A stretch of 64,000 nucleotides of DNA from Kiritimatiellia bacterium (GTDB lineage: Bacteria > Verrucomicrobiota > Kiritimatiellia > CAIQIC01 > Lenti-01): assembly GCA_040768005.1 (NCBI GenBank), contig JAXGNL010000004.1:18153-82152 (forward strand), read 5' to 3'. The notes under the pieces were generated by a model that worked only from the letters and a program-made list of their open reading frames with translations, was not told the origin of the DNA and ran no database searches. This document shows positions 56,377 through 64,000 of this stretch, piece after piece. Within the stretch, counting starts at the first letter, position 1, and every line of letters starts with the position of its first letter. The translations under genes and the position numbers were made by a program.

Positions 56377-57793
56377 ATGCCCCCCGCCTCACTGACCATC
56401 CTGGGCGCCGGCCCCGCCGGCTATCCCGCCGCGTTCCTCGCCGCCGATCTCGGACTGTCCGTCACCCTGATCGACCGGGAAAATGCCCTGGGCGGCACCT
56501 GCCTGCATCGCGGCTGCATTCCCTCCAAATCCCTCCTGCATGCCGCCCGCCTGCTCTCCGATGCCCGCGAGGCCTCCGCCCTGGGCCTCGACTTCGCCCC
56601 GCCGGCCATCCGTCTGGAGGCCTTGCGCGAGTGGAAGGAATCCGTCAGCGCGCGCCTGGCCAACGGCCTCGCCCAGCTGGCCAAGGCCCGCCGTATTTCC
56701 GTCCTCCACGCGCAGGCCGCCCTGGCGTCGCCCGCACAGCTTCAGCTGACCGGCCCCGACGGCACGGTCCGCCCCCTGGATTTCGACACCCTCCTGCTGG
56801 CCCCCGGCTCCGTCCCGGTGCGGCCTCCGGGATTCCCCGCCGGCCACCCCCGCCTGTGGGACTCCACCGCCGCCCTGGCCCTCCCGGAAATCCCCCCCTC
56901 CCTCCTCGTCGTGGGCGGCGGCTATATCGGCCTGGAACTGGGTTCGCTCTATGCCGCCCTCGGCTCGCGCGTGACCGTCGTCGAAATGACCGGCGGCCTG
57001 CTGCCCGGCGCGGACCGCGATCTCATCGTGCCCCTCGCCAAGCGCCTGCGCAGCCGGTTCCACGCCCTCCATCTGAACACCCGCGTGGCCGACATCGCCG
57101 ACGATCCGGACGGGCTGCGCGCCACCCTGGAAGACCTCAAGACCGGCGAAACCCGCAGCGAGCCCTTTGCCAGGATCCTGGTAGCCGTCGGCCGCCGGCC
57201 GAACACCGGCGAACTGGCGCTCGACCGCGCGGGCCTCGCCGCCGACAATCGCGGGTTCATCCCCGCGGACGCCGAGGGCCGCACCGTCCAGCCGCGGATC
57301 TACGCCGCCGGCGATGCCGCCGGCAACCCCATGCTGGCCCACAAGGCCACCCACGAAGCCCGGGCCCTCGTCGCACGGCTTGCCGGACGCCCCGCGCACG
57401 TTTCGCGGCATGTCCCCGCCGTCGTGTTTACCGACCCGGAAATCGCCTGGGTCGGCCTGACCGAAACCGAGGCCCGCGAACGCGGCATCGAGGTCAAGGT
57501 CTCCAAATTCCCCTGGGCCGCCAGCGGACGCGCCCTCACGCTCGACCGCGCCGACGGCTCCACCAAGCTGCTTGCCGACCCCGGAACCGGCCGGCTGCTC
57601 GGCGCGGGCCTCGCCGGGCCCGGCGCCGGCGATCTGATTTCCGAAGCCGCCCTCGCCACGGAAACCGGCGCCGCCGCGGCGTGACCTCGCCCGCACCATC
57701 CACCCCCACCCCACCCTCTCGGAAACGCTCGGCGAAGCCGCCGAACTCCACGAAGGCCTCTGCACCCACCTCTACCGCCCGGCCAGGCGTTGA
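56377..57793 (+). pseudogene. lpdA: dihydrolipoyl dehydrogenase (E3), frame break about 37 codons before the 3' end
   Basis: FAD and redox-disulfide motifs (ILGAGPAGY ... GGTCLHRGCIPSK). ORF 56377..57684 stops after ETGAAAA. The conserved C-terminal interface and active-site segment [21 protein letters not shown] continues in another frame to a TGA at 57791-57793. Confidence 0.75.
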
Positions 57794-57916
57794 GGGTTCC
57801 GCTGCAGACCGGCACGCGGTCGGGCCGGCTCCGAACAGCCGGATGATTCTCGTCTTTGGAGCCCCCGGCTGCCTGCCCGCCGGTGGAGGGACCCCGTCGG
57901 GGGTATGATTCTGCGC

Positions 57917-58825
57917 TTATCGCGGCGGTTGCGCGAACCGCGCGAGGCTTTCGAGATAATCCTCCGGCGTGCCGAAATCAAACCGTTCGGCGCGGGTCAT
58001 GTCCAGCGCCAGGTATCCCTCGCGCCGGCGCAGCATCTCCTGGGCGCGGGTCAGCTGGATCTCGCCGTTGTCCCGCACGTCGTCGCGGATCATCTGCTCC
58101 AGCACGTCGTAAAGAGACGGCGCCAGCAGATGCAGCCCGAACCAGCCCAGGAATTCATCGTCGCCCAGTCCATCCACGCGCAGCTCGCGCCGCGCCGTGT
58201 CCGCATCGGGCTTCTCGATGATGCGGGTCACGTCAATCAGCCGCGGCTCTTCCGCGCGCCGGGTTCCGGCAATGGTGCCGTAGCCCCGGAGCTCCCCGGG
58301 ACCGATGCGGTTGACGGCCGACACACACCGGCCGCCGCTGCGCCCCGCCATCTCCGCCAGCTCGCGGCAGGGCGAATCCGGCGCGCCCCGGAACAGATGG
58401 TCGCCCAGGCACAGCAGCACCCTGTCCCCGCCGGCAAACGCCCGGCTCTGATACACCGCGTGGCCGTAGCCGTCGGCCTCGCCCTGCACCGCGAACCGCA
58501 GGCGCTCGTTGAACTCCGGCAGGCGCCGCGCCTCGTCCGCCAGCGCCGGGGTGTTCTCCAGCCGCCGGAGCAGGCCCGCCTCCGGCTTCGCAAAATACGC
58601 GCGTATCACCTCTTCATCGCCGGGCTGGACCACCAGGCAGATTTCCTCGATGCCCGCCGCGACCAGCTCGATCAGATGCCAATGGATCATGGCACGGGCC
58701 ATGCCGTCGGGCCCGACCACGGGCATCAGCTCCTTTTTCACGGCCCGCGACGCCGGAAAGAGCCGCGTCCCGAGACCCGCCAACGGAATCACCGCCTTGG
58801 TCGCCGCGCCTATATGGCTTGCCAT
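57917..58825 (-). CDS. sugar-1-phosphate nucleotidylyltransferase (UTP-glucose-1-phosphate uridylyltransferase, GalU-like)
   Basis: AVIPLAGLGTRLFPASRAVKKELMPVV matches the GalU/GlmU-type G-x-G-T-R motif and activator Lys context. Confidence 0.75.
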   Translation of the reverse strand: MASHIGAATKAVIPLAGLGTRLFPASRAVKKELMPVVGPDGMARAMIHWHLIELVAAGIEEICLVVQPGDEEVIRAYFAKPEAGLLRRLENTPALADEARRLPEFNERLRFAVQGEADGYGHAVYQSRAFAGGDRVLLCLGDHLFRGAPDSPCRELAEMAGRSGGRCVSAVNRIGPGELRGYGTIAGTRRAEEPRLIDVTRIIEKPDADTARRELRVDGLGDDEFLGWFGLHLLAPSLYDVLEQMIRDDVRDNGEIQLTRAQEMLRRREGYLALDMTRAERFDFGTPEDYLESLARFAQPPR

Positions 58826-60207
58826 GTCCAGCCTCCCGCCCGGGGCGCATACCGCCGCGCTCCGAATTCAAACGCCCCCGGTGATGTGCCCCCAAACACG
58901 TCGGGCGCCGTCCCCATCCTCCGCGCATGCTCCGCCGCAATCCCGGGGATGTGCTTCTTCAAGGCTTCCCGACGACCGAACACCGCCACCGTGCCGCCCG
59001 CGCCCCCGCCCGTGATTTTCGCGCCGTACAGCCCCTTCCGCGGACCGATCCGCCGGACCGCTTCGACCAGCGCATCCACCTCGGGAACCGACAGCCGGCA
59101 CTCGTCGCGATAGCTCTCGTGAGCCGCCAGCATTTCCCGCCCCGCCGCCGCGCACCCGGACGCGTCGCCGCTCCGCGCCGACCGCAGCGCCTCCATGAAC
59201 CGCAGCACCCGTTCGTTTTCCAGCACCGCATGGCGGACCGGACCCCGGATGCGGTACACCGTGCCGGGACGAATGACCGTCGCCGCGTCTTCGTGCGTCC
59301 GGTAACGCGCCAGAAAATCCGCCCCGGTCATTTGCCTGGGCACCTGCCGCTCCTCCGCCGCCAGCTCCGCTCCCGACAGCTCCGTCAGATGGGACAGCGG
59401 CGGCAGCCCCTTCTGCTTCCGCAGGCGGTTGAGAATCCGCCGGCCCATGAACGCGCCGATGCGCACATCGCCGTACGGCGCCGCCGCCACGGAATGGCGC
59501 ACCATCGAATTGATCCCGACAAACCCCGTCCCCTTGGGAACGTCCACCCGTCCCTCCACCGATCCCGGCCGGCACAGAATGTGCACCAGCTTCCCCCGCC
59601 GCCCGCTGGCAATGGCGATCTGATCCATGATGCCGCACGGCGCCCCCACCACCCGGTTCTCCGCAATCTGCCCCAGCTGCGCAATCCGATCCGCCCCCAG
59701 CCCGAGCCCCAGCCAGGCGTTCAGCGCGCACAGGGTGCTGATCTCCACCGCCGCCGAGCTGGCGATCCCCGCATTCATCGGCGCCGTCGCCAGCAGCCGC
59801 AGGGTGAATCCCGCCGGCGGCCGGATCCCTTCTTCCCGGAGCAGCGCGACCAGGCTGCCGCCGGCATACGCCGCCCACGACGCCAGCGAATGCGCCGCAA
59901 ACCGCGCCCGGATGGACTCGTAACCGGCGGCGTCCTCCATCTCCTCCAGCGGAAATTCCGTCTCCGCCGGCAGGCCCGACCCGTCCGCCCGTTCCGTCCG
60001 GATGCGCACGAGCCGGTCCCGGCGCGCCTGCACGGCCGCCAGCACCCCGGCGCCCAGCGTCGCCTGGCAGACATTCGCCCCGGAATAGTCCGCGATGCCC
60101 CCCATCACGTCCAGCCGCGCCGGCACCCGCGCCACCCAGACGGGTTTGGCCCGAATAAAACCGTTCAGCCGTCGCTCGAAATCCGCGACCTCGGAGGGCT
60201 TCATCAT
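58810..60207 (-). CDS. GHMP-family sugar kinase (galactokinase-like)
   Basis: ATG 60207 (MMKPSEVADFERRL...). GHMP motifs ARVPARLDVMGGIADYSG, PMNAGIASSAA and ITGGGAGGTV. Overlaps the GalU-like gene by 16 nt. Confidence 0.75.
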   Translation of the reverse strand: MMKPSEVADFERRLNGFIRAKPVWVARVPARLDVMGGIADYSGANVCQATLGAGVLAAVQARRDRLVRIRTERADGSGLPAETEFPLEEMEDAAGYESIRARFAAHSLASWAAYAGGSLVALLREEGIRPPAGFTLRLLATAPMNAGIASSAAVEISTLCALNAWLGLGLGADRIAQLGQIAENRVVGAPCGIMDQIAIASGRRGKLVHILCRPGSVEGRVDVPKGTGFVGINSMVRHSVAAAPYGDVRIGAFMGRRILNRLRKQKGLPPLSHLTELSGAELAAEERQVPRQMTGADFLARYRTHEDAATVIRPGTVYRIRGPVRHAVLENERVLRFMEALRSARSGDASGCAAAGREMLAAHESYRDECRLSVPEVDALVEAVRRIGPRKGLYGAKITGGGAGGTVAVFGRREALKKHIPGIAAEHARRMGTAPDVFGGTSPGAFEFGARRYAPRAGGWTWQAI

Positions 60208-60284
60208 CTGATGCGCTGGCGCAGGCATGACGCAACAGAATCTCCCGTCCCACCCCGTTTGCAAAGCAAAAACCCCTTCCATCG

Positions 60285-61365
60285 GGGTCAGACCGTAAAT
60301 ATTCACTTTCGGGTTGACTTGCCTAAATGCACAGGGTAGGAAATTAACATGCCTAGACCGCCTCGCACGGAATTCGAGCATGCCCTGTATCATGTCACAA
60401 GCCGGGGAAATGCCCGCCAGGTGTTATTTCACACCGACAGTGACCGAATTCGTTTTTTAGGCCAGCTGCGTGACAATCTCGAAACGTATGGGGTGGTACT
60501 TTATGCGTGGGTGCTGATGGATAACCATTTCCACTTGGTGCTCAGAACTCCACGGGCAAACTTAAGCCGTTTCATGCAAAGGCTCAACAGCAGCTACAGC
60601 CTGTACTATCGTTACAAACACGGGAAGCCGGGCCATGTGATGGGAGGCCGTTTCAAGGCCCCCGTCATTCAAGACGATACCTATCTGCTTTCGGTAACAC
60701 GATACGTTCATCTGAATCCGGTGCAGACCCAGAGACAACAACAACGAACCGCCAAAGAACGAATGGCGTTCTTGAATGCCTATCCCTGGAGCAGCTTTCC
60801 GAACTATGTCCGAAACACCCCTTTCCCGGATTGGATGAGCAATTATGTGCTGAAAGCCTATGGACGAAACCTGAAAGAGGCCCGTAAACGCTACAGGTCT
60901 TTGGTGCTCTCCGGCATGACGCGGCAGAAGGAAGCGGCCCAGGACCTGATGAAGTCCAGCCCATACGCGATTGGCAGCGCCGATTTCGTGGATAGAACCA
61001 CGCGGGAGTTATCCCAGCGCGCAACGGGCGGACCTCAAGATAGAGACATTTCGCTGCCCCGGACCGGCATGGCGTTGAACGAAATCGACCGGGTGGTTAG
61101 TCAATACTTTGGTTTATCGCCAGCCGAATTGCAGCAACACGGACGCATAGCCGGCCCTGCCAAAATAGTGGCACTGGAGTTGGCCGCCCGCTGGAGCGGG
61201 AAAACCCTCCGCGCCATTGGACAATACTATGGGCAGATCAGTAGCCAAGCCGTCACCATGGCCCGCAAGCGTGCCAAACAGATACAGAAAGTCGAATGGG
61301 ATAAACTGGGTCGCGAATTGGAAGCGGCTCAACAGACGTTAAAGTGATAATTTACGGTCTGACCC
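60285..61365. mobile_element. 1.08-kb IS200-like element (copy 2) with perfect 16-bp terminal inverted repeats
   Basis: GGGTCAGACCGTAAAT at 60285-60300 and its reverse complement ATTTACGGTCTGACCC at 61350-61365 bracket a single transposase gene. Internal GC (~50%) is far below the window average. Confidence 0.7.
60349..61347 (+). CDS. IS200-like HuH (Y1) transposase with DnaA-like C-terminal HTH (paralog of 12038..13030, roughly 50% identical over the catalytic domain)
   Basis: LYHVTSRGNARQVLF ... LMDNHFHLVLRTP ... GRFKAPVIQDD...YVHLNPV. 332 aa. Confidence 0.8.
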   Translation: MPRPPRTEFEHALYHVTSRGNARQVLFHTDSDRIRFLGQLRDNLETYGVVLYAWVLMDNHFHLVLRTPRANLSRFMQRLNSSYSLYYRYKHGKPGHVMGGRFKAPVIQDDTYLLSVTRYVHLNPVQTQRQQQRTAKERMAFLNAYPWSSFPNYVRNTPFPDWMSNYVLKAYGRNLKEARKRYRSLVLSGMTRQKEAAQDLMKSSPYAIGSADFVDRTTRELSQRATGGPQDRDISLPRTGMALNEIDRVVSQYFGLSPAELQQHGRIAGPAKIVALELAARWSGKTLRAIGQYYGQISSQAVTMARKRAKQIQKVEWDKLGRELEAAQQTLK

Positions 61366-61374
61366 AGATGGGGA

Positions 61375-63336
61375 TCAATCCTCCACCAGCCAGAGCAGTT
61401 CGTAGGGCGCCGTTTCGACGATGCCCCCGGTCGAAAACGTGCGGCCGGTGAATACATCCCGGAAGAAGTGCGCCAGCCCCTGGGCGCGCCAGCCGCGCAG
61501 ATCCATGACCTGGTCCTGCTCGGAAAAATTGGCCAGCACGGCGAGCCGGTGGCTGCCGTTCTCGCGAAGGTAGGCCAGCACGTGGGGATTCTCGCCGGGC
61601 AGCAGGCGCATGGCCGCTCCCTGCAGGGCCGGCTGGCGCCTGCGCTCGGCGAACAGCGCGCGCATTCCCTCGAAATGCCGGTTCCGGAGCGTGCCCTCCT
61701 GCTCCACCTCGTCCCGGAACAACTCCCAGTCGGCGGCGGGCCGGTGAATCCAGCGGCTGTCGTCGGCCTTGTCGGGCTGCTTCACGTAAGAGTAGTCGTT
61801 CAGCACGGCCCATTCCTCGCCGAGAAAAATCAGCGGAATGCCCCCGATGCTGCTCAGCACGCCGTAGAGCATGTGCAGGCGGCGCAGCGCCAGCCCGGCC
61901 AGGGCCTCGTCCCGCTGGCGCAGGGCCTGCTCCAGGCCCGCCAGCGAGGCCGCCGTGCCGCAGATGCGCATGTCGCCCGTGTCCTCGTTGTGCTGGAACG
62001 GCACCCCCGCCGCAAACGACCCCTCGAACCGCCCCGTGTAAAAGCGGTTGAGAAAGTCGCGGTGGTCGCCCGGCCGGATGCCCACCGCCTCCGCGTCGTC
62101 GTTGGCGAACGCCCAGCCGATGTCGTCGTGCCCGCGCAGATAATTGACCCAGGCCGTCCCTTCCGGCAGCCGGTGGCGGTGGCCCAGCGACTGCTTCAGC
62201 AGCCGCACCTCGCGCGTCGCCGCGCTCTCCCACAGCAGCGCCATCAGCGCCGGGTTGTAGGACAACGGACATTCCTCCCGGCCGATGTAGCGCACGACCT
62301 CGTCGGGATGCACGATGGCCTCGGACTTGAATACCAGCCCCGGCGCCGCGATCCGGCACAGCGCATTGAACGCCTGGATCAGCAGGTGGGCCTCGGGCAG
62401 GTTCTCGCAGGACGTCCCCATCTGCTTCCAGATGAACGCCACCGCATCCAGCCGCAGGATTTCCACCCCCGTGTTGGCCAGAAACAGCATTTCCGCCGCC
62501 ATGGCCCGGAACACTTCCGGATTCGCGTATTTCAAATCCCACTGGAAGCTGTTGAACGTGGTCCATACCCACCGCTGCATGCCCGAGTGCCACGTGAAAT
62601 TGCCGCGGCGCACCGTCGGAAAAATCTCCCGCAGCGTCTTCTCGTACTGATCGGGAACCGTCCGGTCCTCGTATAGATGGTAGTACTCCATGTGCTCGCG
62701 GTCGCCCTCCTGGGCCCGGATCGCCCACACGTGGTCCTCGGACGTGTGGTTGAACACGAAGTCCAGCACCAGCGAGATGCCCGCCTGCCGCAGGTCCGCC
62801 GCCAGCGCGCGCAGGTCGTCAATCGTGCCGAGCCGGGGATCCACCGACCGGTAGTCGCTGATGGCATAGCCGCCGTCGCTGTTGCCGGGGCGCGAGGCGA
62901 ACAGCGGCATCAGGTGCAGATAGGTCAGCCCCAGCCGCTGCAGATAGGGAATCTTCTCCCGCAGCCGCGCCAGATCCCCCGCAAACAGGTCCACGTACAG
63001 CGAGCCCCCGGCCATCCGCTCGGACAAATGCCACCCCGGATCGTTCTCGCGCCGCAGATCCAGCTCGTACAGGTCGTCCGGCCGCTCCAGCCAGCAGTCC
63101 ACCGCCGTCAGCGTGATGCTTTCCAGATAGTAGAAGAAGTCGTAGTGGCTTCCGTAGAGCCGGTGCAGCAGGCCGAAGAAGCGCGGCCAGTGCTCCGCCA
63201 GCCGCGCCTCGATCGTTTCCACCCACCGCTCCGCCCCGAAGCGCGAATCGCACGCCTCCTCGATGCGCCGGAGGATCCGGGGCCGGATGCGCCGCAGCGA
63301 CCGCTCCGCTTCGTAGGCTGCGTCGAATTCAGGCAT
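61375..63336 (-). CDS. amylosucrase (GH13 sucrose glucosyltransferase)
   Basis: ATG 63336 ([14 protein letters not shown]...). Amylosucrase-specific N-terminal helical domain. GH13 conserved regions [38 protein letters not shown]. Confidence 0.8.
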   Translation of the reverse strand: MPEFDAAYEAERSLRRIRPRILRRIEEACDSRFGAERWVETIEARLAEHWPRFFGLLHRLYGSHYDFFYYLESITLTAVDCWLERPDDLYELDLRRENDPGWHLSERMAGGSLYVDLFAGDLARLREKIPYLQRLGLTYLHLMPLFASRPGNSDGGYAISDYRSVDPRLGTIDDLRALAADLRQAGISLVLDFVFNHTSEDHVWAIRAQEGDREHMEYYHLYEDRTVPDQYEKTLREIFPTVRRGNFTWHSGMQRWVWTTFNSFQWDLKYANPEVFRAMAAEMLFLANTGVEILRLDAVAFIWKQMGTSCENLPEAHLLIQAFNALCRIAAPGLVFKSEAIVHPDEVVRYIGREECPLSYNPALMALLWESAATREVRLLKQSLGHRHRLPEGTAWVNYLRGHDDIGWAFANDDAEAVGIRPGDHRDFLNRFYTGRFEGSFAAGVPFQHNEDTGDMRICGTAASLAGLEQALRQRDEALAGLALRRLHMLYGVLSSIGGIPLIFLGEEWAVLNDYSYVKQPDKADDSRWIHRPAADWELFRDEVEQEGTLRNRHFEGMRALFAERRRQPALQGAAMRLLPGENPHVLAYLRENGSHRLAVLANFSEQDQVMDLRGWRAQGLAHFFRDVFTGRTFSTGGIVETAPYELLWLVED

Positions 63337-64000
63337 GGGGCTCCGCCGGGCCGGACGCCGCCCCGTTGTTCCCGTTGCCGTTGCCGTTCGCCGCCTTGTC
63401 GGCTTCGATCGGCGCGTCGTTCGGAATCGTGATCTGGTCGAGGAAGTGGTAGAACCGGATGCCCTCGATGATGCCGGCGGCATGGTGCGCCTGCGCGAAG
63501 TACACCCGCGGATATTTCCGCAGCTTCTCCAGCTCGGGGCCGTAATTGCCCACGACCACGCCCAGCGCATTCACCGACAGCATCCCTTCGTCGTTGCCCG
63601 AATCCCCCGCCGCCAGGATGTGCTCCAGCGGGAAATTCCACTTGTAGGCGATGTGCCGCACGCTCACCCCGCTGCCCGCGCGGGTCGGAATCACGTCCAG
63701 GAACATCCCGTGCGACAGCACCACCTTGGCCTGCAGCCCGTTTTCGCGCAGCATGCGCTTGATCCGGTTCACCTTCGGCGACACCGCCGGGTCGATCTGG
63801 TAGCTGACCTTGAAGGCCGACTGCTCGTGGTCCGGCTGGCGGTAGAACCCCGGCTGGCCGTCGAGCACCTCGCGCACCCGCTCCGGCTCCCACCGGAACC
63901 CGATGTGCTTGTGCCAGCTCCGGTCCATCGTGAAGTTCTTCCCGTAGTAGATTTCCGTCCCCACCGAGGTGATCAGCACTTCCGGACGCGGAATGTCCAG
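63329..64000 (-). CDS. sucrose-phosphate phosphatase-like HAD hydrolase (5' end beyond window)
   Basis: Frame is open to the window edge ([19 protein letters not shown]...). HAD/SPP-like blocks [26 protein letters not shown]. Stop at 63329-63331 overlaps the amylosucrase start. Confidence 0.65.
   Translation of the reverse strand: MDIPRPEVLITSVGTEIYYGKNFTMDRSWHKHIGFRWEPERVREVLDGQPGFYRQPDHEQSAFKVSYQIDPAVSPKVNRIKRMLRENGLQAKVVLSHGMFLDVIPTRAGSGVSVRHIAYKWNFPLEHILAAGDSGNDEGMLSVNALGVVVGNYGPELEKLRKYPRVYFAQAHHAAGIIEGIRFYHFLDQITIPNDAPIEADKAANGNGNGNNGAASGPAEPHA

Noticed and set aside
1-64000. tRNA, rRNA or other structured RNA genes
   Set aside because: None of the intergenic regions has cloverleaf-compatible length or conserved tRNA boxes. 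The only candidate small RNA locus is the 5750-5858 repeat region, reported separately as a finding.

Overview
This is a high-GC (roughly 68-70%) bacterial chromosomal segment carrying about 50 protein-coding genes. Most are tightly packed, and many gene pairs overlap by ATGA or GTGA (translational coupling). I found no rRNA, tRNA or CRISPR.

Gene content from 5' to 3':
- 1-5.7 kb: a radical-SAM/SPASM enzyme (5' end outside the window) with a coupled small membrane protein; an envelope/LPS-type block made of a GDSL hydrolase, a GT2 glycosyltransferase and a Kdo/WaaP-type kinase fused to a TIM-barrel domain.
- 5.9-6.5 kb: a hemolysin-III (PAQR) family gene.
- 6.7-11.2 kb: an hndABCD-type NADP-reducing [FeFe]-hydrogenase operon, with rex divergently transcribed (11.3-12.0 kb). 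hndD and hndC are interrupted by multiple frame breaks.
- 12.0-13.1 kb: IS200-like (HuH/RAYT-like) element, copy 1, bounded by REP-like hairpins.
- 13.2-16.1 kb: a 982-aa secreted repeat protein, then infA.
- 16.6-20.3 kb: a three-subunit xanthine-dehydrogenase-family molybdoenzyme, gene order large-FAD-FeS.
- 20.3-22.9 kb: mutS.
- 22.9-24.8 kb: a beta-propeller lipoprotein and a flippase-like membrane protein.
- 24.8-25.8 kb: an MNT/HEPN toxin-antitoxin pair sitting inside a truncated NAD(P)H-oxidoreductase gene.
- 25.8-28.1 kb: a glycogen-debranching (amylo-1,6-glucosidase) enzyme.
- 28.4-31.5 kb: ETF:quinone oxidoreductase and a 5'-nucleotidase.
- 31.5-34.8 kb: clpX-clpP-tig.
- 34.9-36.9 kb: Wzm/Wzt-like ABC exporter.
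- 36.9-41.9 kb: frame-disrupted PAP2 phosphatase, ATZ/TRZ(SsnA-like) amidohydrolase and a fused PreT-PreA (DPD-like) dehydrogenase.
- 42.0-44.3 kb: a lower-GC islet with a DUF4412-like secreted protein, PPK2 and a RelE/ParE-antitoxin pair.
- 44.3-52.3 kb: a pbpC/alpha-2-macroglobulin/PadR operon in which the A2M carries an N-terminal HAAS (DUF1700-like) signalling domain.
- 52.5-57.8 kb: a FIST protein with a hybrid histidine kinase, an iron-sulfur flavoprotein and lpd (3' frame break).
- 57.9-60.2 kb: a GalU-like nucleotidyltransferase and a GHMP sugar kinase.
- 60.3-61.4 kb: IS200-like element, copy 2, with perfect 16-bp terminal inverted repeats and lower GC.
- 61.4-64.0 kb: amylosucrase and a sucrose-phosphatase-like gene that runs off the 3' edge.

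Many of the long ORFs in the six-frame track lie antisense to real genes. They are GC-driven artefacts and are listed under rejected items.

The most interesting candidates are the PadR-HAAS-A2M fusion, the kinase-TIM-barrel fusion, the clustered frame breaks, and two palindromic repeat arrays at 5.75-5.86 kb and 6.59-6.66 kb.

Coordinates follow the supplied ORF track. My hand-indexing of the printed sequence may be off by +/-1 nt in places.
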